A stretch of 64,000 bases of DNA from Klebsormidium nitens (Eukaryota > Plantae > Klebsormidiophyceae), in contig DF236970.1 in NCBI GenBank assembly GCA_000708835.1, positions 62,001-126,000 on the forward strand, written 5' to 3'. The notes under the pieces were generated by a model. The model was not told the DNA's origin, did not search any database, and saw only the letters and a program-made list of their open reading frames with translations. This document shows, one piece after another, positions 52,601-64,000 of this stretch (within the stretch, counting starts at the first letter, position 1; each line of letters starts with the position of its first letter). The position numbers were made by a program, and so were the translations under genes.

Positions 52601-55600
52601 CGAATCACATCTTGCAGATCCGGTGAAGCGTGGTAGTATTGCTGGCTCATCCTACCAACCCCCTCTTGTCTGCAGGCCCTCACCCCCCCCCCCCGCCTCG
52701 CCTCGCAGCCCTCCCATGCGCCATCCAAAAGCCGCCATTTTGTCTGAACTTACTGCCTGAAATGTGTATCAATCTCATTCTGCACCCCCCCCTCTTGGCT
52801 GCAGGCCCTTCGCCCCCCCTCCGCTCGCCTCGCAGCCCTCCGATGTGTCCCATTCTCGACGACTTCCTGCTGGACGCACCAGCCCAGAGCCCCCGCGAGT
52901 TCGGACACCGCGTCACCGCCCCTGCGCCGGACGTCCGAGCTGCCGCCCGGACAGACCGACCTGGTGAGGGGGTATTGCTGTTGGCCGCTCGTTTGGTTTG
53001 TCTTGGGGGCTTTTGCTGAGTCCGTTGTGGGCCTTTCGTCCGTTTTTGCTGATGTCTTCATCCTTTTCTTGCTAACTTACTGATCAGGTGTACAATTAAG
53101 GAGTTAGCTAAGCTCAGAAACTCAATTCTTCGCCATGTTGTGTTTGGCTGTGCTTAGGACTAACGGCTGATATCTATGCTGACGTCGACCCATTCTCTGG
53201 TGACTCGTCTTCTTTCGAATGTCTTTTTAGAGACACTCGTCTCAGCAGCTACGGGCTCTATTGGAGCTTTCCACTCCGTTGACTTGCTCAATGGCTCGTT
53301 ACTTTTCCTCCCATCTGGAAGGCGGCATGGTTCCTGTGCACACGTATACCTATGCGCTTCTGCTTCAAAGGTACGAGCAAAGAGTCCAGTCGCTTACCTT
53401 CTAAAGGAGGATGTTGAGTACGCAAGTTTTCCAACGAGGCATAGCAGGAACGACCTGCAGCAATCATCTATGTGTTCACAAGTCGGTCAGACCCATTCGA
53501 CACCATCTGCGAGCAGAGTCAGCGCTACTGTCCATATGCTTGCTGAACGTTCTCTTTTCTAAGCAGGATCTGGAGGAGATAAGCCCAAACCGTACCTGAC
53601 CACCCCAGAAGAGGTGACCGCACTGCTGGATGCTCTGGACTCAGATGACGTCATGGTGAAGAGACACGCAGCAGAGCAGCTGCGCGCGCTGGGCAAGAAC
53701 AGCAACGCCAATCGGGCCACAATCGCGGCTGCTGGTAAGGACCGATTGCTGCGTACATTGAATTCGGGGGAATCAAAGGTTTCCGTAAGGATGTAAGTGG
53801 CGTGCCTAACCTTTCTACTGGTGGCTTTTACCATGTGACAATACCACTTTCTTCCGAGAGCAACTGTGCTTGTTATCAATGACCCCTCTTCCGCGTTGCT
53901 TGAGAAGCAACGCCGTAACTTGGTTCTAAGTGCAGTCCCGGATCTCGTGGGGACGATGGGTTCACCGCATAACATCCAGCGTGATTAGAGTCCAGCTCTG
54001 AAACATTCGAATCCAGACATCTTTAGTGGACAAAGTGACTCTGAAACCCTAAACCCTATAACCTTAAAACCCTGAAGATTTCCTTTTATTTCTCCAGGCG
54101 CCATCCCGCTGCTTTTGGGCATGATCGACTCCCCCGACGCGCTGGTGCAAGAGCACGCGATCACCGCTATACTCAACCTCTCCATCAACGACGTCAATAA
54201 GACCGCACTTACAGTCGCGGGAGCGATCCCTGCGCTGGTAGAGGTGAGGTTTCGAAAATTCGACAAATCCCTGTGGCTGAGAGCAAGGTCTGCAGAATCA
54301 GGCATCGTGATTGCTCGATACGAGGGCCCGCGGCCACCCCAAACCAACCTCTGCCAAGCCGTAGAGTCCCTGGCTCATGTGGAGCTTCGCACAAGAACCC
54401 TTTAACAACATCAGGAGCACTGTACATGTTTACATTGCATTCCATCTGCCAAGCCTCTATGCAACCCCTTTCCCTCACCTGTGATCCTCGGGCAGCGGCA
54501 AAGAGGCTGCAGGCGCAAGCCTCTCGATCATGGCGGCTGCAAAGTCGCAATAAACGCTGGTCGCTTTCGTCATGGCCGTGAAACCCAATTAGTCACTGCA
54601 CGAATTTGTGGTAAGTTCGTGGTCCTCGGGTGGCGTCAAGGAGGGCGCGGCTGGGATTCTGTTAGCCTGTCGGTGTTCGTATGACTGCAAAATTATGCTT
54701 CTAGGTTAATCCGATTCACTCAAACTCATAAAGTCACTGCTGAACCCGTGGGTTTATGCGCAGGTCCTGGCGAGTCCGTGGTCTTCGGGTGGCGCCAAAG
54801 AGGCGGCTGCCGCGACTCTCTTCAGCCTCTCGGTCATGGACGACTGCAAAGTCACGATCGGCGACGCCGGGGCGATTCCGCACCTCGTGGATTTGCTGCG
54901 GAACGGAACCCCCCGTGGGCGGAAAGACGCAGTGACAGCGTTGTTCAATCTGTCGATCTTCAGCGGGAACAAAGTGCGCATCCTCAAGGCTAAGGCGGTG
55001 CCGCTGCTGGTGACCCTTGTGAGGTGAGTGCCCGTTCAGGGTTTCAGGGGTACAGGGGTTCAGGATGTCGGATGTTTGCAATTTTGAGATGTCAGGATTT
55101 CAGGATTCCAAGATCTGTGGTGTCGGACAGATTCTAGGACGTTGATATGTTGGGGTCGTTGCCTGGTTTCAGGAGCGTCGTGCTTCTTTTAGCATTACAA
55201 AAGACGTGCTGCACGTGTCTTCTAAGAACCGAAAGACGGTTCTAGAGTTTAGGGTTTCTTAGGATTCCAGTATTGTAGGGCCGTTGTCTAGTCATTTGCT
55301 TCCTTTCGCTACACTTTCGTATTGCGTTAGAAAGAGGAAGTTCAGGCTTCGCGTCTTTGTTTCTCTGCCTTGCTCCGCTCCGTGCCTCCATGGGCGCATA
55401 TGCCCGCTTTTGCTCGACCTATACCTTATTTGACGATACACTCACCCGGCTTTCGATGGGCTTTCTTCAAAGAAGCTCGTCGCTCGAGAAAGACATTTGG
55501 AACACGCGTTGCTCGTATCTTGAATTGTTTGAGGCCAAGCTGATCTTCAATTCGCTCTTTCATACGCGGCTTCTATATGGGAAACCACATTGCGCCAAGT

Positions 55601-56751
55601 CTCTTTGCACTTTTTCGCAGTCTTTCGCAGTGCTTCGGAGTTCTCCCACCCACAACGTTCGCTGCTGCGCGCTTCTCTGTTCCTTCGTAATCTCAACTAA
55701 GCAGTAGACCTTATCTTTCTGACAGGGACACCAGTGTCAGAGAAAAGTGCGTTGCCGTCCTGGCCAACCTGTCGACGATGAAGGACGGCCGCTCCAAGAT
55801 CGGCGACGCCGGGGGGGTCGCCGTGCTAGTTGACCAAGTCGAAGTGGGCACCCCCCGGAGCAAAGAGAACGCGGCGGCGACGCTCCTGCAAATGGGCGTG
55901 AACAGCTCCCGGTACACTGCTGAGATGATACAGGCAAGTCCTGTTCCGAAACGAACAAACAATCTGGGTGCGCTCCGTTTGTTTCCCATTCGGAGTTACG
56001 ATGCCATAGGCGATGACACGGAGCCATATCTTGTTTCGAGACAAGGTGCGACTGGTGTGAATGCTCGCTTCTACGACGGGATATAGCACTGATAAGTGGG
56101 AGGCTGCGTTATGAATGAACCTAGGCTGATAAGGCGTAGAATTAAGTTTTCCCCTTCTTTTGCTGCACAAACACGACGATGATTGTCCGTGAAACCGTGA
56201 CACCGTGAAACAGTTGTCGGAAAAGTGCAATCCTCAGGTATTCCGGACTAAGCGAAGACTCACTTGGACTTCAGAGGTACGCGCTAGAGTCGGGTTTTCT
56301 CAGATGATTGGAGGAACTACCGAAGACATTTCCTCTGGAAGAAAGAAAACAATGCCGCTTTCTGTTATCAAAGTTTGTCTGATGCTTTATACACCGACCA
56401 TCAAGCGTCGAGGCCTGCCATCACTGACGGCAAGCTGGCCTCAAGGAGTCGTCGGCTGTTCGTTTCAAGTTCAGCACCCGCTTGCGTGCGGCGAATGACT
56501 ACTTGAAGGGAGGTCTTATTACTCATCCCGCGCCCAAGTAACGGGCAAATACCAGGTTGAATCGCAATAAGAATCTGAGGTTGGCAACCCCTCTGCAGGC
56601 CGGAGCCATCTCACCACTGCTGGCCTTGTCTCAAGACGGCACCCCACGGGCCAAGGAGAAAGCGCTCGCCCTGATCCGGCACTTCCGCGAGCAACGAAAG
56701 GGAGAGGCGGTCAGAGGCCACCCGACAGACCAGGGCGTTGGCTCGTTGTAA
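46603..56751 (+). CDS. Plant U-box (PUB) E3 ligase: N-terminal helical (UND) domain, U-box, very long low-complexity linker, ARM repeats (PUB4-like), ~1310 aa, 11 exons
   Basis: Exons: 46603-46986, 47676-47812, 48246-48348, 49005-49213, 49781-51789, 52805-52963, 53567-53734, 54098-54243, 54764-55023, 55726-55933, 56599-56751; phases consistent, last intron GC-AG. U-box: [48 protein letters not shown]...[17 protein letters not shown] repeats: [70 protein letters not shown]. Confidence 0.9.
50346..50498 (+). repeat. Coding 30-bp tandem repeat (NSGQ[L/F][S/P]D[G/R]xx, 4 copies plus a partial one)
   Basis: Units start at 50379, 50409, 50439 and 50469; a partial unit starts at ~50346. Confidence 0.9.
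52160..52860 (+). repeat. Degenerate intronic tandem array, ~5 units of ~130-145 bp, each containing the acceptor and first bases of PUB exon 6
   Basis: The motif CCCTCTTGGCTGCAG|GCCCT...CGCAGCCCTCC(C/G)ATG recurs with acceptor positions at 52258, 52402, ~52534 (AG lost), 52675 and 52804 (the modelled acceptor). Confidence 0.8.
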
Positions 56752-56928
56752 AGTAGTAGAGTTGATAGATCTCTAGCGTCGATTCCTGGGACTGTAAAAA
56801 GGGAGGATAGACTAATGCTAGCGGTCGCTTGCAGCGGACAGGAGAGAATAGTGACGCATCGCATGTCGTTCCATAAGGAACTGCAAGGACGACGGCTCTT
56901 GTATATGGTAGAGAGTGTTCAAGACTCG

Positions 56929-57407
56929 NNNNNNNNNNNNNNNNNNNNNNNNNNNNNNNNNNNNNNNNNNNNNNNNNNNNNNNNNNNNNNNNNNNNNNNN
57001 NNNNNNNNNNNNNNNNNNNNNNNNNNNNNNNNNNNNNNNNNNNNNNNNNNNNNNNNNNNNNNNNNNNNNNNNNNNNNNNNNNNNNNNNNNNNNNNNNNNN
57101 NNNNNNNNNNNNNNNNNNNNNNNNNNNNNNNNNNNNNNNNNNNNNNNNNNNNNNNNNNNNNNNNNNNNNNNNNNNNNNNNNNNNNNNNNNNNNNNNNNNN
57201 NNNNNNNNNNNNNNNNNNNNNNNNNNNNNNNNNNNNNNNNNNNNNNNNNNNNNNNNNNNNNNNNNNNNNNNNNNNNNNNNNNNNNNNNNNNNNNNNNNNN
57301 NNNNNNNNNNNNNNNNNNNNNNNNNNNNNNNNNNNNNNNNNNNNNNNNNNNNNNNNNNNNNNNNNNNNNNNNNNNNNNNNNNNNNNNNNNNNNNNNNNNN
57401 NNNNNNN
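56929..57407. other. Assembly gap (N run)
   Basis: Run of N bases. Confidence 1.
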
Positions 57408-58431
57408 TGCCGTTCGTCGTTGAGGATGATAGTGACGGGATGTTTGTCACAGGGTTCACTATGCTTCAAATGCTTGTTAGCTTCACTGGGTTATCTGCGC
57501 GCCAAGTTGGATTTGTGTTACACGATTCTATCTGCCGTTTCGTCTGACGCCTATTTATCCTGGCGCAGGAGAACTACTCACTATCAATCATGGCATCTCC
57601 TCCTGCAGTAATACTTTGGTGAACATGCTTGTCTCGGGTTGCCTAGGCGGCATTCAACGCAATGGCACCTGAATTACTTCTAGTCTATTGATCGGGCAGC
57701 GCTGAAATGTAAATCTGCACGAAATCATTATGGTCAACGGAAGACCTGTCATAAATGGCCAAGGCCTGACTGTCGAACTCAATCAATAGTTAACGTCTGC
57801 TTCTCATGTTGATCTCGACTAAGCTTATATACTGAACCCTGATCCGCAAACTTTGCGCTCATCTTGACACGCATGCGCGCATTAAGTTGCCTATAGTGCT
57901 TGACTGTCCCTAAGCTCTCGAAACCGCAAGGTTTTGAGTGTCAAAATTCTATGAGGGATACTAACCAAACCTAGAATCAATGTTACTGCATGCATTTCCA
58001 ACACAACTCGCGGCGCGACGTGCCTACGTACATGCGCGCAACTCGGTACAAATCATACAGTTAAAATGATCTTATCCCTAGCAGCTACTGAGAAGCTGAT
58101 CGCAATTTCGTCGTTGGTAGTATACGGCGAATGACACTGACACATATACGCATGGCCATATGTCATCGGGACCGCCGCGCCACCGGGCGCCACCCGGTCA
58201 ACAAGCGTGCTTCGCCTGCTCGCACTGCATCATCGGGCCTTGGTTCTCTAGGCACCCAATTGAGAACTTACACGATGATTTCATCGACGCAACAAAGCTG
58301 ACCCAGAGCGATCAGGCAGCGGACTCGAATTCGACGAAACCTTGGAATGCACCGACGCCTGTTTCCCTTGGCCCTGCAAGAGGTGCTGGCCAATAAGGGA
58401 ACCAATCTGTCAAAGCAGACAAGTGTACACC

Positions 58432-59427
58432 TCAATCTTGCTGTTGAAAAGCTGGCCGAAACGGAGAGCAGCCTACCGGCATCTTCGTCCGAGGCGGCAG
58501 CGAAAAGCTGGTTGTCTGGACTGCGCGCTTCAATCTGGACAGCGATTGGATCGCTTCTTGCAACTCAGGCACATGGCAGAAGGTCGCAAGCACCGCGGTT
58601 GATCCGTCAGGGCTCGCCACCTCTCCCTTTATCAAACTCCTCCCATTGGTAACGACCGCAGAATGGATCCCCCCCGGCGTGGCCGCGGCAACTCGCTGAA
58701 GCTCAACCTGGACGCACAGCCCAGGGGCCCCTCCTGCCCCTCTCCGCAGCTTTTCCTCCGTTAGCTGACAGTGCGATTCCTCTCTTCCGTCATGCTCCCC
58801 AACACTACAGCTCTTTCCATCCACGCTGGCTGAGGTTGCCATGTTCTTAAAATGTGCAGAGCCGCTAACCGGACTGGAGTTTCCGCTGCAAACGTGCAAC
58901 CGGTTCTGAGACCCAAGAGGGCCCTTTCCTGTTGAAAGGCTGCCATGTCGTGGTTTTCCCTTCGGGGAATGCTCCCGGCCTGGAGTAATGCCTCCTGAGT
59001 GCCCGTTTGGTTTGCAGAGCATTGAACAGAAGGTCGCTAGATTGCACTTGTGGGCCGTGAGCTGCTTCGCATGGTGACGAAACTGGGCACGAGTCAGGGA
59101 GGGAACTAGATCGAAGAGTGTGACGGCCTGCAGAAAGAAGAAAAAAGGGACGTTGCTTTTAGGTGGATCCGTCATATGGGTTTCATGAAGACTCTCTTTG
59201 CCTTTACTTTGAACATCATTTGAAACGTCCAACAATCTGAAAGTTTTCCCAAAACCAAGCAGCTGCTGCCACGTGGCCTTGAGTAAAGAAGTACAGCCAG
59301 CTAACATATCTTTCACGTTCTCATTATGCTGGGACTCCCGAGTGCGGTCGTGCCAGCTCCGCTGAGCATCGACCCGTCGGCAACGTTTGCCGCTTTGGTC
59401 AACCCATTCGACAAGACTTGACGTCAA
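58432..59427 (-). CDS. Unidentified long ORF (331 codons), possibly exon(s) of an orphan or decayed gene
   Basis: Longest unexplained ORF in the window. It contains a strong acceptor TTTTTTTCTTCTTTCTGCAG| before 59127. No recognisable domain. Confidence 0.25.
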   Translation of the reverse strand: MTSSLVEWVDQSGKRCRRVDAQRSWHDRTRESQHNENVKDMLAGCTSLLKATWQQLLGFGKTFRLLDVSNDVQSKGKESLHETHMTDPPKSNVPFFFFLQAVTLFDLVPSLTRAQFRHHAKQLTAHKCNLATFCSMLCKPNGHSGGITPGREHSPKGKPRHGSLSTGKGPLGSQNRLHVCSGNSSPVSGSAHFKNMATSASVDGKSCSVGEHDGREESHCQLTEEKLRRGAGGAPGLCVQVELQRVAAATPGGIHSAVVTNGRSLIKGEVASPDGSTAVLATFCHVPELQEAIQSLSRLKRAVQTTSFSLPPRTKMPVGCSPFRPAFQQQD

Positions 59428-61976
59428 CTCTGCCTTCTTTGCCTCTCCGCCTGCGCGGGACTCAAGCAGATGAAACGCGCCTTTCGCACACAGCGCCCTT
59501 CATACACCTTCCTTTCTCCTTCATCGCGTACTTCGAGCAATTCATCTGGATGACGAACGGAGCTGGACGTGACCCGACTTTTGATTCCTCTCTCTATCTC
59601 AGCGACTCTTGCAGGAGCTCGTGCTGAAAACACACTCTTACATGAGCGCCCCCACCCACCTGATGCGCATTGCCTTCGACTTCTGCCAGGACGGCATCGG
59701 TCAGGCCCCGGCTTGCGAGAAGGAGCCTGCCAGTGTCCCCCTCGAATAGCCCCTGAAGTGCCCACGACTGGCCTACAAAATCTTCGAGCTTCATGACGTC
59801 ACAGTGCGCCGACCATGGCGCTCGACCCGTGAAGGGCTGATGTCCGTGTCCCGGCAAGCTGTGCTGGACGGCGGACTTGATCTCGAGCATTTTCGCGATG
59901 CTTTCACCGGCTAGATAGCAGATCGGACGGAGCCATCCGGTCCGAAGAAGGGCTTGTCTCTAGATCGTAAAGTCTTATCTGCATTCAACTTGAAAGTCCA
60001 CCTTTCGTTTGAGCCTCTGGTGGTATGTAGCAATAAACGTTCCTGGATGCGTTTTCTAGCTATTTTATCGAACCATTATAAAGTTGTGAAGCGTCTTCCC
60101 TGATGAGAATTGCGTCCTCGACGAGTGGACACTGTGCGGGCCGTATGGAGATCACAGCTCGTTACGCATCTCAAGCCAAGCTACACAGCCCGTCGTAATA
60201 AACCTTGAATTTGTCACGAAGAGTTGCTGACGGAGGACCTAGTTGCGCTTTCAATTCCACATGACACGCTGCAAGTTGGTCACTGCTTTGGTCTCTGACG
60301 TGCATAAGGGCCCCTGTCTGTCGCATGCTGGAATGACGACATTCTGGGCGATGAAAGACTCATGAAGTGATTTACATTGGCTTTGTGCGAAGCTGTAAAG
60401 ATGTGCGCACCGCTTACAAGTACTACTTGACTGCCGCAATTCTTCTTATACCATGTGCACGTCAATACATGAACGTCCCATGTGACTTGCAGTGATCAGG
60501 GAGATGCCTCTGAAAGCTGAATGGGATCGGAGAAGATGAGCAGGCGCAAACCTGTGCACCTGGGCGATCCAATGATTGGGCTCGATTGGGAAGCCCATGC
60601 TGGCACGTGTGCCATGACATTTAATGTCCCGAGATTATGTTGCCAGAGTACTGTCAGAAACTAGAATGATCACGCGCTTGTCTTAGTGCAGGCGTCCACG
60701 CAGATCTGCCCGTCGGAGCACTGACATAGCTCGTCAGAACTTTCCAGATTGACAAGAGTCAGTAGGTTACATTATTCTTCGAGCCCTGCCATTTGGACCC
60801 ATCCGATCTGGGTCATGTACCTACTCCGGCCGAATTGTGACGTACTTTAGTTCGGACACCATGCTCCGGCATCTGCCTGGCATCCGAATCAGCAAACGGG
60901 ACCGGGTTTGTCCCATTTCAGACTTGGAAGTATAAGAGATGCAGTACCACTATCTACATCGATCAATTTCGAAGAGTACGTCAATAATAACATCATGTCA
61001 CGATTCCCGTTAGCTAGATTCCCGCACGATTCCCGAGCCCATCAGCCTGATACTTCCTCGTAGGGCCTCGTACTTCTTGTCATACTTGAACAAAATTTCC
61101 AGATGGATGCTTCAAATTGTCAAATAGACTGATTCAACAATGAAATCGGGTAAGTGTATCAGTGTATAAGCGTATGGCGGGCCACTGATGTGGATCTGAC
61201 TCTACTTCATGGAGAATATCCGAATGATACTCATTCGGTCTCGCAGGCTGAATCGCTCCCTGTGTACGTAGAACATAGAGACACCAAAGAAATCCAGATA
61301 GAGTAACAGCACAACTCCAGTCCTGAAGGTTTACTGTTAGACTGATGATCGACTAGCTGTAGGCTGTAGGAATTTCCACGATATCGCAAATACCATCTGA
61401 ACCTATTGTTTGCGCGCGGGTTATTTTTTCCTCCATTGCGTCCGTTCGATCAAAAATGGAAGGGCGTACGGACGGCCAGGATGCATAAAGATATTGAAAC
61501 GTATGACGTCGTCAAGAAGTGGTGGTCGGTTCGTGCTAGGCGCTAGCGCTGTTCTGGAAATGTCTACCGGGCTTCCAATCGCTCCGATTCCGAAGCTACT
61601 GACGTCAGATGTCGACATTTGGTGGAGGATTCCATAATGCAATTTCTGCAATGTGCTCAGCAGCAGCGAGATGGAGGCGCCTCTGGATCTCGTATGCATA
61701 TAAATTATAACCTGCTCGTCTTCTGGCAACTGCAGCTTCAGCCAAAGCCTCAAGGCTCAAGGCTCAAGCAAGACTCGTTTGTCAGTTTTCTTGCTGAATC
61801 ACAGCAGCGACAGTGACGGATATAAAACATTAGCTTTACAGCATTCATTCTGCATACTGCCAGTTCCTTTTCAACCCTGCAAACCATAAAGCTTGAGCTC
61901 TTTGGGTGCACTTTGCAGCTGTTTGAGCTCTTCCTCTCAGCGAATTCTTGAATCGTCTTTCCTACAACACCTTGCA

Positions 61977-63715
61977 ATGGCGCCACCAGCTCCATATGCT
62001 GCTGTGCACGCAACGCCCAACGGCCCTGGCGATGCCCGCCCGACCGCAATGGCAATCATCAAGGACGAGGGCCTCGTTGGTAAGCTCAAGGACAAAGTGA
62101 TCCTGATCACTGGGTGCTCGTCTGGCATTGGCGTGGAAACTGCGCGGGCTTTGCATGCGACTGGCGCGCACCTGTTTCTCACAGTGCGCAATGTGGGAAA
62201 GGGGGAGAAGGTGGTGCAGGACATTGTGGAGACTGATAAAAGCGGGAGCGGAGGGAAGGTTGAGCTGCTCCGGTTGGAGCTGGATTCGCTGGCGTCGGTG
62301 CGCGCAGCGGCTGCGGAGTTTCTGAGCAGGAGCAAGAAGCTGAACGTGCTCATCAACAATGCTGGTGAGCGGGAGCTTTTCTGCTCGGTTGTGTTTGAGG
62401 CAGCAACAAGCTCAAATTTGAAAAGTCAGGGTTTTGGAATTATATGTCAACGACGATGGTGGAATGATAGGTGTCGATATGATGCTGTCTTGCACATTGC
62501 TTGTAGATTGCGCATGCTGTGCGCATCAAAATAGTGAGGGCAATTTGGCACGAGAGGGGTGTGAATTTATCGATCAGTGCTGATGAAAGGGGTGGGCTGC
62601 ATTGTTGGCTATACTGGCTCTACTGTATTGCTTTGGATACCTTCCAGAGATGCATACGTATCTGTCTTCACAGGCAAAGGTTAGAATGACACTCGAGAAG
62701 CAGGCCGGGGTTGCTTGCAAATAAAACCCAGTGCTTCAGGTGGCTTGTCGCTACTAAGAAGTGTTACACTGTCTGTGAAGGTTGAAGTGCTGAAAGAAGT
62801 CCCGTTGTTGATTTTCGAATGAAACTTTCATCTGCAAGAGCACTTGACCGTAAATCAAATATGAAACTTCTAGTGCTGGCAGGTCAAACTACCTTCATTC
62901 TCCTACCAATAACCCAGTTTCTTTCAAAATAAGAAGATTCTCTCTCCTGCAATGCATTTTCGCTTTACTCGTTGCCCCAAAAAGTGTGCTTTGTCCAACC
63001 GACATTGCTTTTCGGAGTCTTGAATTTCCTTCAGTCTGCTCCTTGTCGTCTTCTCTTCTCTGATTCCACAAACCACCGTCACAACCACGAGACTTCTGCT
63101 AACCATGGCACTTAAGCAGTCGCCCACAGTATGTGCGTTGCAAACCCGCGCTTTACCTGAGCAAACCAAAACTGAGTAAGTTTCTGTCCTTCCTAGTCAT
63201 CTTAGACATAGCGTGTCCACGGAGACACATGTCGTGGCACCTATTTGACCACTAAGCAGACGTAGAGCCTGGAGTTGCCAATGAAGCGGGCGCCTGACCC
63301 AAGAATGATCAACTCTACTTCATTGACCATTCTTTCTGGCTGTTTAAAGAGGCATTTTGATGTGCCCTGAGAATCAGACCCAAAACGGTCTCTTCTGCCA
63401 GGGCACCTAACCATCAACAGATGTGGAACATGCTGCCTGGCGAAAGGGCAGGTGATCATCAAAGCTCAACCTGACTTTCTAACCCTTTCCCTCCTCTTCA
63501 ACGCAGGCATCATGGCCTGCCCCGAGGGCCAAACCCAGGACGGTTTCGAGACCCAGTTCGGCACCAACCACTTGGGCCACTTCCTGCTCTTCCAGCTCCT
63601 CAAGCCCCTCCTGCTGACGTCATCCACCCCCGAGTTCCAGTCCCGCGTCGTCTCGCTCTCGTCCACCGGTCACGGCTTCTCGGGCATCCACTTCGACGAC
63701 CTGGACCTGAAGAAG
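61977..63715 (+). CDS. Short-chain dehydrogenase/reductase (retinol-DH/WWOX-like, fungal-type N-terminus); exons 1-2, gene continues beyond the window
   Basis: Exons 61977-62364 and 63507-63715, phase 1 consistent. Motifs: TGCSSGIG (TGxxxGxG), LELDSLASVR, LINNAGIMACP, DGFETQFGTNHLGHFLL and SRVVSLSS. Confidence 0.92.
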
Positions 63716-64000
63716 GTGAGGCGTCTTGGGAAACATAAGAACCTGACCGTTGCAGTGACGTCATGGAGGTGCCAGGCGTCATTCCGTTGGAACTCTACTC
63801 AGTGCCGTCGACTTCAACGGCTTCTGCATCCTGCTCTGGAGCGCCAAGATTGACAGTCGTATAACGTCATCTTTCAGCAGGCGCACTTTCGTTTCGCATA
63901 TCTTGTGAATGACGGGTAGGTTGTAGTCGATCTCGTTTTGGAACGCTTACCAGAATTGTGGAATATGCACAGGTCTCGCAAGGATCCAGTCCGGTCGAGG

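Noticed and set aside
54045-54075. AAACCCT telomere-like repeats (also ~24686-24716 and ~55035-55065)
   Set aside because: Only 2-4 degenerate units, all intronic; not a telomere or fusion signature.
61410-61753. 75-110-aa ORFs upstream of the SDR gene
   Set aside because: Short, no recognisable motif and no supporting splice structure.

Overview
Intron-rich eukaryotic nuclear DNA with plant-type genes. The gene set (a front-end desaturase, an LC8 dynein light chain, TOL and PUB proteins) suggests a streptophyte alga such as Klebsormidium; this is an inference. I reconstructed spliced models by hand, with consistent intron phases, for eight genes: the last exon of a DUF3598-like gene (+), a TOM1-like VHS-GAT protein (-), an AAMP/Sqt1-like WD40 protein (-), dynein light chain LC8 (-), a cytochrome b5-fused Delta5-type desaturase (+), a C-terminal RING E3 ligase (-), a very long U-box/ARM E3 ligase (+) and the 5' part of a fungal-like short-chain dehydrogenase (+). 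Non-genic features are a decayed hAT-like transposase, a 450-bp MITE with ~35-bp terminal inverted repeats, a GTAC-rich repeat around one of two N gaps, and several minisatellites. The strongest unexplained pattern is a set of degenerate 'shadow' copies of exon ends, splice sites or the start region. They lie about 100-220 bp from the functional copy at eight sites in four genes, with a ninth purely intronic duplication in a fifth gene. Most copies are disabled by a lost AG, a frameshift or an in-frame stop, but some could still act as poison exons, a uORF or an in-frame alternative acceptor.
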